A stretch of DNA of 64,000 nucleotides from Tubiluchus corallicola (lineage: Eukaryota > Animalia > Priapulida): NCBI GenBank assembly GCA_030141605.1, contig JAQGDQ010000001.1, forward strand, positions 2,294,001 through 2,358,000, given 5' to 3'. Shown piece by piece: positions 52,501-64,000 of this stretch. Position numbers and translations under genes: made by a program. Every line of letters begins with the position of its first letter. Positions within the stretch are counted from its first letter, which is position 1. The notes below the pieces were generated by a model. It was not told the DNA's origin, did not search any database, and saw only the letters and a program-made list of their open reading frames with translations.

Positions 52501-55073
52501 ATGAACATATCAACCAAAAACTGAGCAAAATGTTAGTACTTCAGGCATTATAAGCTACAAATATTTGCTGAAAGTTTGAACAAAAACAAATTAGACCAAT
52601 TCAAAATGGCATTAAAATTCTGCATACAAAGAATTTAGTTTTAAAAAATTAAGGGCCTTAAATTCAATAAGCTATTTCAAAATAGCTAATTTCCTTCTTA
52701 TACCATAAAAATATAACAGTGGTAATTATTTACATGTCAATTTGTTTTTGTCTTTTTTGCAGTGACATAGCTAGTCCACCAAATGCAGTATACTATACTA
52801 CTGTCCACTAGGCTTCTACAGTAGGGTAGCTTAATATCTTCTGTTATTGAAAACAACCTCATAAGGCTTATAGCTATCTATGTTGATACACAATACATAC
52901 ATACATCTTAGCTATACAAACATTCATGTACATTGCTGGAAACTCAGGGCTACAGCACAGTACACACAGTCACACACACACACACCCCCGCAAATCGCAC
53001 CGGTCTAAGTGCTGACAGTTTAGACGGGAAGGTTTTCCTCTGACAGCCTGTCAGCTAGATGGTCAGTCAAATTATTCATTAATTGGCCTTTTCTTGCTAT
53101 ATAATAGATTAATTAATAGCATAAAGCTTTGAGTATGTCATTCGGGCCAAATTAACAGATACCTATCAGAAAGTTAAATTATAGATTGCTAACGAGTTCC
53201 AAAGATTTATGACAAAATCAAAGGGCCAAAACAGCAGTAAAGAACAAACTCATACATTGCAATTGACTGATTATTCATCAAACCTATATAAACCTGTAAC
53301 ATGTAATATATCATTCTAACCTTTAGCCGACAATGTTGTTTGAACAGTGCCAGGCCGATAAACATGAATATGAAGTAGTGTAAACAATATTCTACATTAC
53401 TTCATAAAGATAGAATTATTATTTTGAGTTAGTCGGCACCAAACTTTTAACCTCATAGAAGAAGAAAAATCTATAAAATATTGTGGATATTATGAAATTA
53501 ATACTTTATCCAATGATAAAGTACATCACACTTAACAGAAATCACACCTGCCCAAGTACCTTACTGACTACATCAATGCCACTTCAACTGAAATAACACA
53601 AAAAATATATAATCACATACATCACAATTATCAATCAGGAGAATAATTTCTTATAGCTTACCTCCACTTGCAAATGCTCTTCACTTTTCTGCACCGGCTT
53701 TAGCTCATTATTCTTTTCTTTAGCAGAACTTTTTACATTCAGCTCCAGGCCTTTATTCGATTTGTTTGGCATTCCCATATTAGCCAAACTTTGAAAATTT
53801 CCATAACAAGGATTTTCGAATACATCCATTTCTATTTTCCTACCATGTTGGGACCACAAGCTGTGTTGGTAAGCTTGCTGAACCATTGCATTGCTAGCAG
53901 TTTTGTCACTTTTGGTGGAATCGCTGTTAAGAATATTGTTCTGTTTTTCTTCTTTTTCCATATTCATGCAAATCCTTTGAGCAATATCCAAGTCATCATA
54001 ATCTGCCACAGGTTCAAAATAAGCTGGCAGTTCCTTTTGGTATGTTGGTGAGACCAAGCTCGAATGATCCCTGTCTAGGCTGCTGAATCCAGAATCCTTG
54101 CTTGGATCCTTTGATTTAGATTGTACTTTTTTGAACATTACATTCTGATTAGTACTCTCATCTGCTTGATGATCATTTCGTTTAGCTTCTGGAAAAGTAA
54201 GCTCATCTTTGCACAAATGGTGACTGCCTGCACTTGTTGAAACAATGTCAGTCTTTTGGTCTTCTGAATCAGTGTACGAATGGCAATCTACTTTGCTTGC
54301 TGGACGGATATGATCAACACCATGGGAAGGCTTAAAAATATGCTTAGTGGTATCAGTAATTATTTCCTCTTTTCTCTCACTGCTTTTTCTTCTACGATTA
54401 TGCTGCCGGTGAAAGGGGACACTGTTATGATCACTATGTGTATAGTGAGTGTCATCGTTTCTATTTTGAGGTCGGAATTGATCATCAAAAACTACACCGG
54501 GATAAGTATGATCATCCAATAAAAGGTTTTCCTTGCTTCCTTTACTCTCTTGATACTCTTTGTCAATAACTAATAAATTTTCTTGGCTTCTGGATTTTAT
54601 TTGATCTCTTACTAATTTTTGATTAACACTTTCATGCCTTTGCATGCAAATGCTACTTTTGGTCAAAAGCTCATGCGAAATATCTAAAGGAAAATACCGA
54701 TAATTTCGAGGTTGGTCCAAATTTGGAATGCCTTGTTCGGAATACTGCATTCCTGGAGCATGCTTATTTTTTACCGGTCTAGGCGGAGCTGGTCGCTCTA
54801 TCTTGTAGTCATTGGATGATGAATGTCGATGCTTTTTAGTCTTTCCCCCCAAAATGGCAACATAGTCTGCAGGGACATAGAACGGTTTTCTTTCTCCGTC
54901 GCGAATGACATTCCACCATTCATTAGATTTCTGTAATAATGTAAGACGATCTCCTACCCTAACTGACACGTGTCGTCCATCTCTAGTCGTGTAGTCATAA
55001 TCATACAACACTCTCACAGGTGTGTTTAAAAGCTGTGACATACTTCTCGGTCTCAATTTTACCTGTCGTGAAT
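28306..55073 (-). CDS. ARHGAP12: Rho GTPase-activating protein of the ARHGAP9/12/15/27 family (SH3-WW-PH-RhoGAP), at least 17 coding exons; start codon uncertain
   Basis: SH3 (VRVLYDYDY..SNEWW..PFYVPADYV), WW (WEEHQDSIGRVFYYN..STWKPP), PH (KQGTMNKTKI..KNW..EWFHSI) and RhoGAP (GLYRMSGNLAQIQK, LKLFFRELKEPL, NLAIVFGPTL) occur in the family's domain order; phases are consistent across exons. The symbol marks family and architecture, not one-to-one orthology. Confidence 0.88.
28720..28825 (-). CDS. ARHGAP12: RhoGAP domain exon (..MPRPHRDTLKFFFTHLQ)
   Basis: ttgcag acceptor, gtacgt donor; phases 1/2 fit. Confidence 0.92.
29250..29456 (-). CDS. ARHGAP12: RhoGAP domain exon with arginine finger (GLDADGLYRMSGN)
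   Basis: tttcag acceptor, gtaagt donor. Confidence 0.95.
29748..29849 (-). CDS. ARHGAP12: RhoGAP domain start (DEECFGTTL..VPNFVKRCVEEIEIK)
   Basis: tttcag acceptor; weak gtttta donor required by frame and homology. Confidence 0.92.
30480..31300 (-). mobile_element. Degenerate repeat block, possibly an LTR-retrotransposon gag relic
   Basis: GACATTTTGCAGGACAAAA occurs twice (about 30670 and 30958) and TAATTCCT...TGAG...ACTAT three times. Minus-strand peptide KCQLYETCCMKFGYENHFTVF resembles a decayed CPAxG..CxxCGxxNHFxxVC knuckle. Confidence 0.4.
31558..31728 (-). CDS. ARHGAP12: Pre-GAP exon (KIKNRLKKFFQRRPPAKVLEEKGIIK)
   Basis: ttgcag acceptor, gtatta donor; LKKF..RRP....L.EKG.I motif typical of the family. 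Confidence 0.92.
33008..34018 (-). CDS. ARHGAP12: Large 1011-nt Ser/Pro-rich internal exon, probably an alternative cassette
   Basis: Within the 376-codon ORF 32955..34085; gatag acceptor with upstream TACTAAC, gtatgt donor; phase 1/1. Confidence 0.75.
37569..37677 (-). CDS. ARHGAP12: Post-PH linker exon (PKSVTSPEPSSPHSSERSDSG...)
   Basis: cttttcag acceptor, gtaagt donor; supplies the required phase 0 to 1 shift. Confidence 0.85.
37965..38063 (-). CDS. ARHGAP12: PH domain end (LTLSNGDQYLLQTDN..EWFHSIREVI)
   Basis: ttttag acceptor, gtaagc donor; conserved Trp of the PH C-terminal helix. Confidence 0.92.
38488..38598 (-). CDS. ARHGAP12: PH domain exon (PEDVLDLSGCSLEWTKEKSSKKNV)
   Basis: ttttag acceptor, gtaatt donor; family motif W..EKSS.KNV. 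Confidence 0.92.
39060..39135 (-). CDS. ARHGAP12: PH domain exon (KNWCVVFVVLTRTTLWLYKE)
   Basis: tttcag acceptor, gtaaga donor. Confidence 0.92.
39580..39641 (-). CDS. ARHGAP12: PH domain start (GIMKQGTMNKTKICEASKKI)
   Basis: gtttag acceptor, gtaagt donor; phases 0/2 fit. Confidence 0.9.
40751..40963 (-). CDS. ARHGAP12: Pre-PH linker exon (..ERLIKSQSMFTES..)
   Basis: ctacag acceptor, gtaagt donor; open frame; phase 0/0. Confidence 0.8.
42400..42471 (-). CDS. ARHGAP12: 72-nt exon (DVQYVQESNQITEADDAGVYGPPP)
   Basis: tttttag acceptor, gtatgt donor; open; phase 0/0; GC-richer than the flanking intron. Confidence 0.7.
43111..43155 (-). CDS. ARHGAP12: Candidate 45-nt mini-exon (ICGLGHSDLTPLFSE)
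   Basis: ttatag acceptor (weak pyrimidine tract), gag|gtaaat donor; open; phase 0/0. Confidence 0.45.
46050..48220 (-). mobile_element. Degenerate non-LTR retrotransposon (LINE) ORF2 relic, endonuclease plus reverse transcriptase, in a RhoGAP intron
   Basis: Collinear broken-frame motifs: GD*NA (about 48180), SWLDHIV (48041-48055), FTVNEVHNAI, NYRHMALSTITSKIL, FIDASNAFDR (about 46823-46852), SPILFN and LLMYADDVCL (YADD at 46549-46560). Confidence 0.85.
48875..49360 (-). CDS. ARHGAP12: 486-nt acidic, Ser-rich exon after the WW domain
   Basis: ctttcag acceptor, gtgagt donor; within ORF 48797..49438; phase 0/0. Confidence 0.82.
51269..51496 (-). CDS. ARHGAP12: WW-domain exon (YANL..WEEHQDSIGRVFYYNIISGKSTWKPPR)
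   Basis: ttttaag acceptor, gtataa donor; canonical WW motif. Confidence 0.92.
53662..55073 (-). CDS. ARHGAP12: SH3 plus long disordered-region exon (1412 nt); possible start ATG at 55041
   Basis: tttcag acceptor, gtaagc donor; within ORF 53635..55110. Confidence 0.9.
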
Positions 55074-58000
55074 CTGAAATGAAAAACGAATGCTGCATAA
55101 ACATACCCATTTGACAAACATGACCGCTTAGTGAGCAGCAAATACAAATATCAGAGTAAAGAAGACAACCTTACTCAGATGTCAGGAATAAACAAATTCC
55201 ACTTGGTTCACATTATGCCATTGATACAGGCTGACCATTAATAAAGTACCACTTATTATCATCAAATACAGTTTCACAAAATTGTCATACAAATAAATCT
55301 ACAACAAACGTACCACGAATACAAAAACTGCTGACAACTATCAAACTGCTAAGTTACACATTTGTAAGAAATTCATCATCTATTTAACAATAAAAAGATT
55401 AATTTTCGTTTTTTTCATAACTTGGTACCTATATTATCCACTACACAAGACAGGAAAAACATTACCGATACTCGAATTCACCTAGAGCTCCTAAAACACC
55501 CGTCAGCTTCATAGCTTCCTAACTATGATTAATATATGATCAGCAAAGCATAGCCATTTATAAATTTTGTAACTGGTAAGTAACAGTTATTACAGGTTAC
55601 AAATGCAATTACAGATACATAGAAAACAGAAAATCTATTCCAATTTGTAACATGAAGTAAATTCACCTGTTGTTCATTGTGTTCTTGGTAAAAATGCATA
55701 ACCAACAAGTCCTTTATACAAAAACTTCAATATAATAACAGTAATTATCAAATGTAATTTCGTGAAATTTGTCAACTTGCAAGTTGAACTGTAACATTTG
55801 TCAAACTGTCAGATTATGCACTTGCAAAATTATCATCTATTCAAGGGAGGCATTCATTTTCTTTTTTCTGACTAAGAACCATGACTGTGAACCTGACTCA
55901 GGAAGACAGGATAAAATATTAGAGACAGATGAATGGACATTCACCTCTTCTAAAACATCTTTAGTTATATAAATGTCTAACCAGGGTAATAAACTGGAAC
56001 TTTCAGCAAGCCATTAGAGATTTTATTTCAGCACTTTAATTCAGACTTGTAAGCCATGTTAAAATAACTTATTAGCCCATTATCTCTAACTATACCTTTC
56101 CATATATCAAATAATGCCCTAATTACTAAATTAACATGCTCAGACCAGCAAACGATTTTGTAATTTTATGAAAACAATGTGGTAGTTATAAAAACAATAA
56201 ATGTACTACTATATCAGTGGCATAGTTGAGGGGGCAGTCGAACCTGGGTGGAATTTTTTAAAGGGTGGTACTTAAATCAAGTGCACTGAAAATGTTGTTT
56301 CTGTCAGAACAGTTAAAAACGTCTTAAAAATGTGCTACAAAATTTACGTAGTATATGTACAGTAGACAAATTTGATATTGTTGTCCAATTTGCCATTCGA
56401 TAACTTTTGTAGGCATTATGACATTTGTATTTTCATTATTTTAGAAATCATTCGAGTTTGCAGATCTGCTGTTTGATACCACTGTGTAATTTTTTTAACG
56501 TTAATTTAACAAACATTTAAATGTTGTTTGACGTCTTTGTGCATTTTTCCTAACAAAATGCAAAATGCCTGAAAATTTAACTTTCTATAAAAGCACTGCT
56601 TATCTATAGCACTTACTGTTGTTGAAAGTCTGTGACATTGGAAGATGATAATATTAGTAATATAATATCTTTGTAATATTTACAGTTTTCTTTTCTTTGT
56701 TCAAAATTTCTGCATGGTACATGTCTTGAGTTAACTATGTAGTACATTTATAAGTGTTAACCTTTTCCAGTGTTAACATTTAAAGAAACTTTTGTGTTGG
56801 CCTATCATGCCTTTAAGCATGCAAACAAGAAAATTTATTTTTCCACAAACAAATTCTTCCAGTAGTGCATTATTGTTTTATCAATTTATCTCCACAAGAT
56901 ATTGCAGCGGCAATGAAACACCGTTAAATTTTACAAATCTAAAATCACGCAAAGTCGGATCATGATGCCATTGTATGTTTAACGGAGCTTGCTAACTTAT
57001 TAATTCCCAATCTTAAATTACTGTTCGACAGATGCCACAAACAGACCAGACATTTCAGTGAAAATAGTTGAAAGGTAATTTGACTAGTCAATTATCTCAG
57101 TTTGAAATACCTTCACAAAGAGACATCAGATAAACAAGTACAGAAACATTATAGAAAGTTCTTTTACTAAAGTGATTATTATATACTCCCAAATTTCGAT
57201 AATAATTAACTTCATGAACGAATCTCTGGCATTCAGTAGTCAAACAGCAGCAGTATTTAATTAACAAGAAATGATCATGTTAAAAATTTACAGATTACAA
57301 TTGATCTACTTACCAAATTGCTTCCCTTTCATGATGTTAAATAAAAGCCTTCAGAACATGAGGAGTATAACAGTACAATATAGTTGCTGTGTAAACTTAA
57401 TATGTAAACAATAACGGATTGTGAAAATTGAGTAAAATGCTTCCTTGATTCTGGCAAGTGTGTTCATGGGCAGTGAAAGCATAAAAACTACTTCATGACA
57501 AGCTGCAGCACATCCACTATGTTCAAACTAACATGTTACAAATGTAAATATCACCAAAGTAAAGAAGTACAATCGAGCTAATACACTGCTAGTTCAGAAA
57601 ACAAAAAGTCTTTTGAGAAATTCAATGATGTTAATTCAAGATAGCCAAAATATATTCATTTTTTCTTCAGAATGTTAAAATAACAATGCTGTAAAATCAC
57701 CTATTGTGCTCAGCACAATTGCAAAGAGTCATTAAATGAGAACAAAAGTTCATTCATGTTACAAACAGCAATCGACGAAGTTGCTGTTATTTAAGGCATA
57801 ATGCTACAATCTAAAAAAACAAAAGGCAAAGCACTCAAAATCGCATGCCATAACAGTTTTTTACTTGAATTGTTTGAACTTTAGCAATAAGAAATATATT
57901 TTTATGACAATTAAACCAAGTTTAAATGCAGCTAGTCAGAAATTTAGAAAAGAAATCACAAAAATATCTCATCACTTCTCATCATATTACTGCTACTGTA

Positions 58001-61000
58001 ACACTATAGCAAATGTATATGGACAGGTAGTCAAGCACCATAAACACTGGCATTTGTCAGCCAGAGGCAAATATTTTCTTTAGGCATCAGTGCCTTTTCA
58101 TGATGACGGCCCAGTTATAGTTAGGGGTTAACCAGTTGTAACAGATTACTGTTGTTAAATTGCAGCGGAAGAAAGTTTGCTAACAGTGGGATTATTTTAC
58201 TTTAGCCAATGGGAGTGCATTGCTTAGACAGCCATCACTGGTTCTCAGAAGTCAAGCTGTCAAGTTGCCACTTAAACGAAAGAAAAAAATTAATAAAACA
58301 TTGTAAGAAGCAAAAAATTTTCATCTTTTCCCGAAACCTTACCAAGTTTTAAACTTGTGTAAATTCATCAGTAAGAAAATGAATATCAAAAAAGAGAATA
58401 ATTTATTGAAGCAAGATTGCATATCTACTTTAACCTAAATTATTAATCATTTCCAATACACATGTATTGCACGAATGCACAATTTTTTGCAGGAATCTTT
58501 GAGATGCAATTCCGATTTTAAGAAATATAAGCTGAGGAACAGAAATGTTTGCCAAATTTTGAGAAATTAAATGAATGGAATGTGGAACATGCAAATAGTT
58601 TTTAATGGACTTAGTACATTTAACTGATTTCAAGCTGTCAACGACAAATTTGGAAGAAATACAGAGCAGAACCAACAACAAGATAGATTTGAATAGATGT
58701 CAGCTCAATAAGTTCATCTAGTGAACTGACACAATTGAGCTGAACAACAGCAGGAAAAGAATAAAATACCTCTAAAATCTATAATATATGCAAGGCCTAC
58801 AAGTGTGGCACAAATGGCATTGTAAATATGTTAAATGCACTGAACCAAGCACTCACTTGTTAAATAACAAAATATGTATCTGCAAAATTACAATGATCAG
58901 CTTCAAAACATACAAGGTCTACAAGAGGAATGCAGTAATTGTGCAAAATAGTTTGGTTTTTCAGTAAGGCATTAGCAATTATCCAAAAATGTAAGCACAG
59001 AACATTAGTAAAACAAGAAGCTTTGTAGTATATATATATATTACAAACATAGTTATATTATATAGTTATACATTATTATATAGTTATAGTTATATATTAC
59101 AAACATAGTTATATATTACAACATAGTTGCTCACAAATTTAGTTTTATCGACACACCATTAGATATCAAAAGTACTGAGACATGGGCAGTCGCAAGTGAC
59201 AGGATGACACAGATTAAAATGATTGCAAGACTCATGTCATGACTCTAGAAATGAAGTGAATAATTCGATTTTCCATTTTCTTTGAAGTTATATAACCAAT
59301 GATGTTTTACTTCCCGCAAAATTTTAACTTGGTAATTGAATTTTTTAGTCGACATTTATAGTTTTACATTGCTTTCTTCTGGTACCATGCTGTCTCTAGG
59401 ACAGATGTGTAAGAAAGCTACACTGTGACAAATGTGGGGCGGTTTGTTGACGATTTGATGCTACCAAAAGTTTCATGAATCATGGACTTTGCAAAGAACT
59501 TGTCATCTGGTATCTATTTTAATAATTTTTTAGGAATAATAAGGGCTTTTAAAGCACCTGATCCGTTTTTTTCTAACAAATTCTTGATAACAATCGTAAT
59601 TGTGGATGATGTTATTTATTTTGCTACATATACAAAATTATGCTATTTTTTCTTCCTAGGACTTTAGCTTGTAATTGCATTGCAAAATGGACACATACTA
59701 AAATTAACACAATTCAATGAAACGTCTCATTCATTGCAGTATTTATACAAAGTCAGGCAGTCAGCGTGTGACTACCAAAATTTTAACGCTTTCATGTTTA
59801 ATAAAATGGCATTGCTAATGATTTCAATGCTTCATAATAGTAAGGCTACGTTTATTGATGACACTATTGGTCAGTGAAGTAAATGGGTTATATACAGTTA
59901 AGTTATTTGAATTATAAGTGAAAATACGATTTTGTTGTTCATTCAATGATTTATCATAATTAAGATATTAATAAATTGAATTTCTATCAATCTAATCTCT
60001 CAACTTTGAAACACTGCACACAAACAGTTTTAAAGCAAAATTTGATAAGGAATAAGGTAAACTAAACAGGATGTAGAATTCTATTCTTATACAATAATAG
60101 ATGATTTTAAATTGCTGCTTTAAACAAGTCATTGTTACCTCATAAAACTATCTCAAATTAGCATCAAACTGTTATGCACTAATATAAACAATGTAAACTG
60201 TCAAGAATTTTGCAATTGGTCCAATAATCAAACAGCAAAACCAAACAATTAAATAAGTACATACTGGCGAAGAATTAAGCCTGTTAACTAGCATACAAAA
60301 TTGTTCCTTATTAATTAAGCCAATAAGTCTTACATAATATTTTTTGAAAGAATACCTGCAATGACTCGTTTATTAATAGATTTGGTCTTCCGAAGATCAT
60401 CAATATTAGCAAAGTATTTACGATGGAAGAGAGAGAATGCTTAGATGTAAACATTGTAATGCAACAACTAAACTTCATTGGTAGTTCTACCTAATGCACA
60501 TTTAGATATCAGCAAAGGCACAAATTCATTTAGTTATTACTTCCAATTACAACACGTTAAATGTGCAACTGATAAACAATAAACGATATAACTATAAACA
60601 ATGCACATCATGAATCTACTTGCTATGTTTAAAACTCAAATTTTATACCTTAAAATCCTATATTAAATAACATAATTATGAAGATACAGAAGCAAAATGA
60701 ATGGTTGTATGCTTCACTACCAAAAATAAGCAACATCAGATTCATCAGTGAATGGATGAGGGACTGCTTCAATACTCGCTGTGGGAGGTTTTATTCACCA
60801 TAGATATTTTGGCTGTTTACATCATAGGGTGAAGGCCAACATGTGCACAAATCTGGTACTCTCTGATTCAGATTGCACTTCTTCTGATTCAGCAGAGACT
60901 TAGTCATGAGTTGGACTTTGTGTCAAATTTATAAAAAAAGGACTTTGAAAAAACACCCAACAGTCGAAGTTAAACTAGGACCATAGCTACAAACATGCAA

Positions 61001-62618
61001 ACCATTCGTTCACAAATTAAAGCAATTGAAAGCAAATTGAAAAGATTTACTGCACTATACAAATTTATTCTAATAAATGCCCAAAATGCCTCAATTAATC
61101 TAAGCTAATGTGACTTATTGTATTCTGAGCTAATTCAATCTACTTTATCTAATCTAATTTAATTTAATCTAATTTCTAAGAACTACTTGCTATCTATATA
61201 TAAATTTTACGTTAAATTTCATGTATAGAGCAGACTAGTCATGGTACTCAACTCTTTCAACTTTTAGCTATAATTTAACATATTGGAATAGAAAACTTAG
61301 TGACCAGACAAATTTAACCAGTTTAACTACAGTAAATGCAGTTTTTAGTATTGACCACAATTTAATGAGAATACTATTCATTAAACCCTCAGGCTGAGTG
61401 TTGAGTGCTGAAGTTCAGCTAAGACAGCATTAGCTCAATGAACTTTGACAGAGCTCTCACCTCAATACGTTTTATGGTACTGTGTTTAATTATTTACTTG
61501 TCGTTAACGACTGAGCTAATTCCAGTCTCGACAACTCTGCAATCTTACATGTCTCGTAATGCCTTAATTTTGCTTACCTGCCTATTCATTAAGGTAATAA
61601 TAAGATATGACCGCACAAGAAACTAAACTGTCAAGTTACCTAATTATGGGAAAAACAACCTGCTTTAATGAGTATATTTATGATCCCTCCTAGATTTTGC
61701 AGTAGGAAGACAGGACATTGAGCAATTTTTCACGAAGCCAGCAAAATATTCACAAAAAAAACAGTTAGAAATCAAATGACAGACAGGCACACACGTTTCT
61801 CTATATACACTTGATATACTTTAAACATAATCGGAAGATCAAGTTACAGACATATGCACATTCCCAAAGGTGGAGTTAAATCAACCACTGCTATGAGGCA
61901 TGTTGATCACGTATGTTGCAAGATTCGTGCAGCATAAGTGATTATCAAAATCAAAAGGCCTAATTACATAACAATTCACAAAGCCTGAGAAATCAACAAG
62001 ACAGGTTCCAAATTTTATATACATTACTAAAAAAATCAATTTGTTACATTTGCTTTTCATGCCAGTTTGATAAATATTAATTGCTCCTCTGTCCATATCT
62101 GTTGGTCATACTTAAGGTTGTGCATTCATTTTGAGTTAAAGACACAGATTGGTTATTGATGGAATCCTGATTATTACAAAAAAGGTAGCCAGTACTTTGT
62201 TTTACTGAGTGCATGACTTAGAAGGCAGGACGATAAGTTCAGAAGAGGAGCAAGACAATTACCACCTTGCTGTGACATCATCAAAGATCGACTAAAGAAC
62301 AAAGTTGTCAGTATTTTACTTGTGCACCAAATGTGCTTGGGATTAAAAAAAAATTGTTTCAACTATTTGTTTCAAAAATACGAGTGAAATACCTGTGTTT
62401 TTAAGTTACAAAAAGTGGATGCATCAAATGCATTTTAGGATACTTCTATAAAATTTAGTTTAACTGGTCACTGTCCATATACAGCAACTTTGTGGTAACA
62501 CCAGAGATTTTTCACATTTATTTTGTTTCATGCTGCTGCCCAGTACTAATGAGAGTCTAACCAAGTTTTTTCAAGCTGCATCAAGCATTAATTTCACTGC
62601 CTCTTATCGAATTTCCTG

Positions 62619-62698
<80 letters not shown>

Positions 62699-62778
62699 AG
62701 AGGAGAGCGGAGGAGAGGAGAGCGGAGGAGAGGAGAGAGAGTGAGAGGGAGAGAGTGAGAGAGAGAGAGAGAGGGAGA

Positions 62779-62833
<55 letters not shown>
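62619..62833. repeat. Compound (GA)n microsatellite
   Basis: About 215 bp of GA repeats with GGAGGAGAGGAGAGC interruptions. Confidence 0.97.
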
Positions 62834-62834
<1 letters not shown>

Positions 62835-63154
62835 AAGGTCAAGGAAAGAAACAGAATCAGAGATGGAGATATATTAGCCTATAGAAAAGGCAGAGAGAGG
62901 GAGGGAAAAAGAACAGCTCACAGAAAATTTCAATAAAAGCTATTAAGTTGTAGCACTGTGTAGAATTTAAAAAAGTTGTATGCTGTACGGGCCACTAAAT
63001 ATTGAACTTAAAAAGCATTAAAACAAATTTTGAAATGTGTAATTCTGTAAGTCTGGTTTGCTTGTAACTTCAATAAACCATGTCAAGCTAGTGAAAGCAC
63101 TGCAACGATCTTTTTAACTGAGATACATATTTTGTTTTAAAAATCTTGAGACTT

Positions 63155-63202
63155 GTGAAAGTGCACTGCGTCCAGTGAGAAAGTGCACTGCGTCCAGTGA
63201 AA
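63155..63202. repeat. Short tandem duplication (about 21 bp x2, GAAAGTGCACTGCGTCCAGTGA)
   Basis: Directly visible duplicate; related GTGAAAGCACTGC at about 63091. Confidence 0.8.
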
Positions 63203-63916
63203 ATTGAGCAGGATTTTCTCAGTCACATGCCAGAAATTTCCAATTGGTACATGGTAAACTTTAGATACTACAGCAGCTGTCAAACGTCTAGATAAAATAC
63301 TGTTTGTTGCCGTGAAAAAACTTTGACTCCTCTTAAAGACTATTTTATATTAAATAATATGGATCATCATAAAACATTAGAACACTCATTAACTTAAACA
63401 CAACAAATACTTAAATCGCTTCTTATAATGCCAGACAGCTTGTGCAAAGATTATTTTTTAAGATTCATTTCACACAGAATAATCAGTCTTCAACAATTGT
63501 AACAGCCTAATACCTGAATAACTTCTTACGTTTTATGCTAAAGTTCCTAAACATTTGCAAGTAGTATATGAGATATAGAGTTAATATGTCAATTAATAGC
63601 AGCTTTAACTGAATTTACCTGTCCTTAAGCACGAGTAAATTTTTCATTTTACGCAAGGTTTTACTTCTTTGACCTTTCCTGAAACGTCTAGTGTCTCTAG
63701 CCTAATATTCTACTCACTATGAGAAAAGTAAAAGACCCATTGTGTACAAAGACACTGAGTACACTAAATCCTCATTTACCTACTTCAAGGTGTTTCATTA
63801 AAACATTACATTAAGTGTTACCATTAACACTTAAAGACCCACTAAATGAAATCATGCCAGACACAAGAAAGAATACAAGTTTTGTAAAATAGTTCCATAA
63901 TAACATATATTCTCAG

Positions 63917-64000
63917 TAGGGATGTCACGAGGCTCCGCCAGAACCGGAGGTTGAAAACTGAATCCGAATCTTTAATTTAATCGGCTGAACTTCTAAGTTA
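63917..64000. mobile_element. Possible left end of a hAT-type MITE, cut by the window edge
   Basis: Starts TAGGGATGTCACGA, a common hAT terminal-repeat start, followed by CCGAA/CCGGA-like motifs; the other end is not in the window. Confidence 0.35.

Noticed and set aside
56850-59700. Possible further transposase or LINE relics in the RhoGAP 5' region
   Set aside because: Only faint motif hints (e.g. NLKSRK..GS, YRNLGV); too decayed to call without a profile search.
62530-62877. ER-repeat (115 aa) and SL-repeat (82 aa) ORFs
   Set aside because: These are translations of the (GA)n microsatellite.

Overview
This is AT-rich, intron-containing eukaryotic DNA, most likely from an invertebrate animal; no prokaryotic operons, CRISPR arrays, rRNA or tRNA genes are evident. 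Three spliced genes can be rebuilt by hand with GT-AG boundaries and consistent reading-frame phases. (1) The 3' six coding exons of DNA topoisomerase I (TOP1, + strand, 508-7691; the 5' end lies upstream of the window). (2) A complete 11-exon SWIM-RING-ZZ-RING E3 ligase gene of the ZSWIM2/MEX type (+, 19021-26846, about 511 aa). (3) A convergent SH3-WW-PH-RhoGAP gene of the ARHGAP9/12/15/27 family (-, about 55073 to 28306, at least 17 coding exons). The 11-kb TOP1-ZSWIM2 spacer and the RhoGAP introns hold many dead transposons: a 1276-bp solo LTR with a 5-bp target-site duplication, a PIF/Harbinger transposase relic plus a Harbinger-type MITE, two LINE relics (one keeping endonuclease and YADD reverse-transcriptase motifs), a 5x64-bp minisatellite, a 239-bp tandem duplication and microsatellites. 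The most interesting signal is the splice architecture of the RhoGAP gene: a 1011-nt frame-neutral exon between PH and GAP, a run of phase-0 exons and microexon candidates, and possible alternative first exons. I found no clearly new biological system. All calls come from reading the sequence, without database searches.
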